The notes under the pieces were generated by a model. The model had not been told where the DNA came from. It worked only from the letters and a program-made list of their open reading frames with translations, and ran no database searches. Below are positions 63,701-64,000 of a stretch of DNA of 64,000 bases, in pieces. Position 1 is the stretch's first letter; each line of letters starts with the position of its first letter. The stretch is from an uncultured Actinomycetes bacterium. Its GTDB lineage: Bacteria; Actinomycetota; Actinomycetes; Streptosporangiales; Streptosporangiaceae. The stretch covers positions 38,253-102,252 of the forward strand of contig CAVYQF010000036.1 in assembly GCA_963770545.1 (NCBI GenBank). Reading direction: 5' to 3'. The position numbers were made by a program, and so were the translations under genes.

Positions 63701-64000
63701 CCAGCTGGGTGAACAGCACTTTGTCGCCCTGCATGAGGGACGGGGGGTTGCGTTCCCCGGGATCTCGCAGGAGCAGGTCCATCGAGCCGGTCCTGAGCCA
63801 TAGGTCACGCAGCAGGGCCAGATCGGATCCCGCCGCGCTGGACAGCCCGAGAAGCGCGGCGTTGACCCCGCCGGCGCTGGTCCCCGCGAGCACGTCCACC
63901 GTGACGGTGATGTCGAGGCAGTCCAGGAGTCCCCGGTACAGATTGCGTACCTGCGCGTCCCAGTCCGCTGGAGAGGCTGGTCCGCGTCTGGGACCGGTCC
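60777..64000 (-). CDS. very large patatin-like phospholipase (DUF3376-type) with a C-terminal multi-TM region; 5'-partial
   Basis: The nucleophile elbow AGTSAGG sits right at the track ORF start, and the frame stays open upstream to the window end (..DWDAQVRNLYRGLLDCLDITVTVDVLAGTSAGG). Catalytic-Asp context WVADGGLLANRPI. Four or more TM helices in the last ~200 aa. Confidence 0.8.
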   Translation of the reverse strand, partial: TGPRRGPASPADWDAQVRNLYRGLLDCLDITVTVDVLAGTSAGGVNAALLGLSSAAGSDLALLRDLWLRTGSMDLLLRDPGERNPPSLMQGDKVLFTQLAQGIEEFWAGRPKTGEPFAPVTPPDTTVFITTTMMSGETSRFTDDYGTVVPDVDHHGLFTFHQNDLAPDPADRSSLDALALAARCSASFPGAFEPSFVPVHQKVTGVKGVPPRPDMAGFANMTRSHWVADGGLLANRPIAPLLSTVFSRRAAREVRRVLAFVVPDGGVTANAGQSPPADQWAKPPTLVQALKMDLDAQLSQSVASELQLIRDHNDQLTAASDLRRALAGMGARLSPGRLVTPTLLVDYQIQQGRGLAQPLLAEVMRAVSALERLPEGWDTALLPASLSATTPEQERLTTAMTTILGAGWNPAALGAGPAPGPTGAAGVADQDQTPGDMLRDEGAASAAWEDFAPDPVGRAARFGLPAVRGAHGTLKHLIRLGYQRATDPGQRQMLDRHHAAITAALEGLPSGDDDDLDVARTVREGAEPAAGRPPASLTTLVLALADQKRRVLLIGTDRSASLANAWQELAVAAIDLLRDLAPLTIADGRKSRREAAQGLATYRDYLGLASDPAAMIDLLLNLTVTERALQPAQPVIDQPVEFIQVSANTRTLLSPNQDRVTKLRGVELHHFAAFYKNSWRAYDWMWGRLDGSGWLVHILLDPRRILAVIENRYDWPRAERARNFATVLREALGLPAGLPGDCLEKDLDFLGDPNAAIPVSLPSSALFLAQAWQERIAANELPTVAECMAPNDGHTAKLTGKSPDPWVTRVRGVKDTGSAKDLAALLPTCPVREETLAGEERTPVFLETATKAGAVATAALTVAPEVPKSIRPILTSARAVTRTGYQATKAVGGSSRNVLLVGLGLAIVGIVMATQGALIIGLTGTVVALVGLYLIALGAWGIHRGLLGALIGFTAVAAVGVLTVPWVRAELWGKKGSSTAGWVPRDVLPWLRNSWWAGLALLGGIILLAVLLNFLPRNRAPRNSGQETPTGPQPPAGLNHAGPPPTSGTAPGVDGSPAAAQGGPLGERDPALR

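Overview
A 64-kb, very GC-rich chromosomal segment that looks actinobacterial. Supporting signs are several F420/LLM-type enzymes, conservon parts, a DUF5302 protein, WhiJ-locus-type HATPase proteins, frequent GTG starts and ATGA/GTGA stop-start overlaps. All calls rest on reading the ORF track and DNA by eye and on motif or family recognition from memory; no searches were run.

I support about 65 protein genes and found no rRNA, tRNA or CRISPR.

- 0-22 kb: housekeeping and accessory metabolism, including an MFS transporter, a Tat-exported multicopper oxidase, cysK-cysE, SDR/LLM/F420 enzymes, a large FAD/Fe-S oxidase, a secreted alpha/beta hydrolase, and a TetR gene with a palindromic operator pair.
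- 22.5-27.6 kb: a co-directional aromatic ring-cleavage cluster with an extradiol dioxygenase, a GntR regulator, an RraA-type aldolase, a GalB-type hydratase and a TIM-barrel hydrolase.
- 27.7-33 kb: an N-terminally atypical rho, an orphan DUF742 + Ras-like GTPase pair (half a conservon), and a patatin-acyltransferase pair.
- 37.6-40.8 kb: a decay and rearrangement zone with a hydrolase remnant and a TfoX-like gene duplicated and split by an internal ISKra4-like transposase fragment.
- 40.8-46.7 kb: a beta-propeller protein, a giant double-FtsX permease and two ABC ATPases.
- 48.4-52.9 kb: five consecutive frameshifted genes.
- 53.2-58.8 kb: the most interesting locus. It is a translationally coupled cassette of a small protein, a ~1000-aa HerA/FtsK-like P-loop ATPase, a zeta-toxin-like kinase with a long acidic disordered N-terminus, and a small acidic protein. 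The kinase gene sits in a sharp AT-rich trough, and a divergent GntR wHTH-only regulator lies beside it. I propose this as a candidate undescribed toxin/defence-type system.
- 59-64 kb: otsA and a giant membrane-anchored patatin (DUF3376-like) that is 5'-partial at the window edge.

A window-wide peculiarity is the density of short tandem arrays with 9-42 bp units. Many are in frame inside gene ends or loops.
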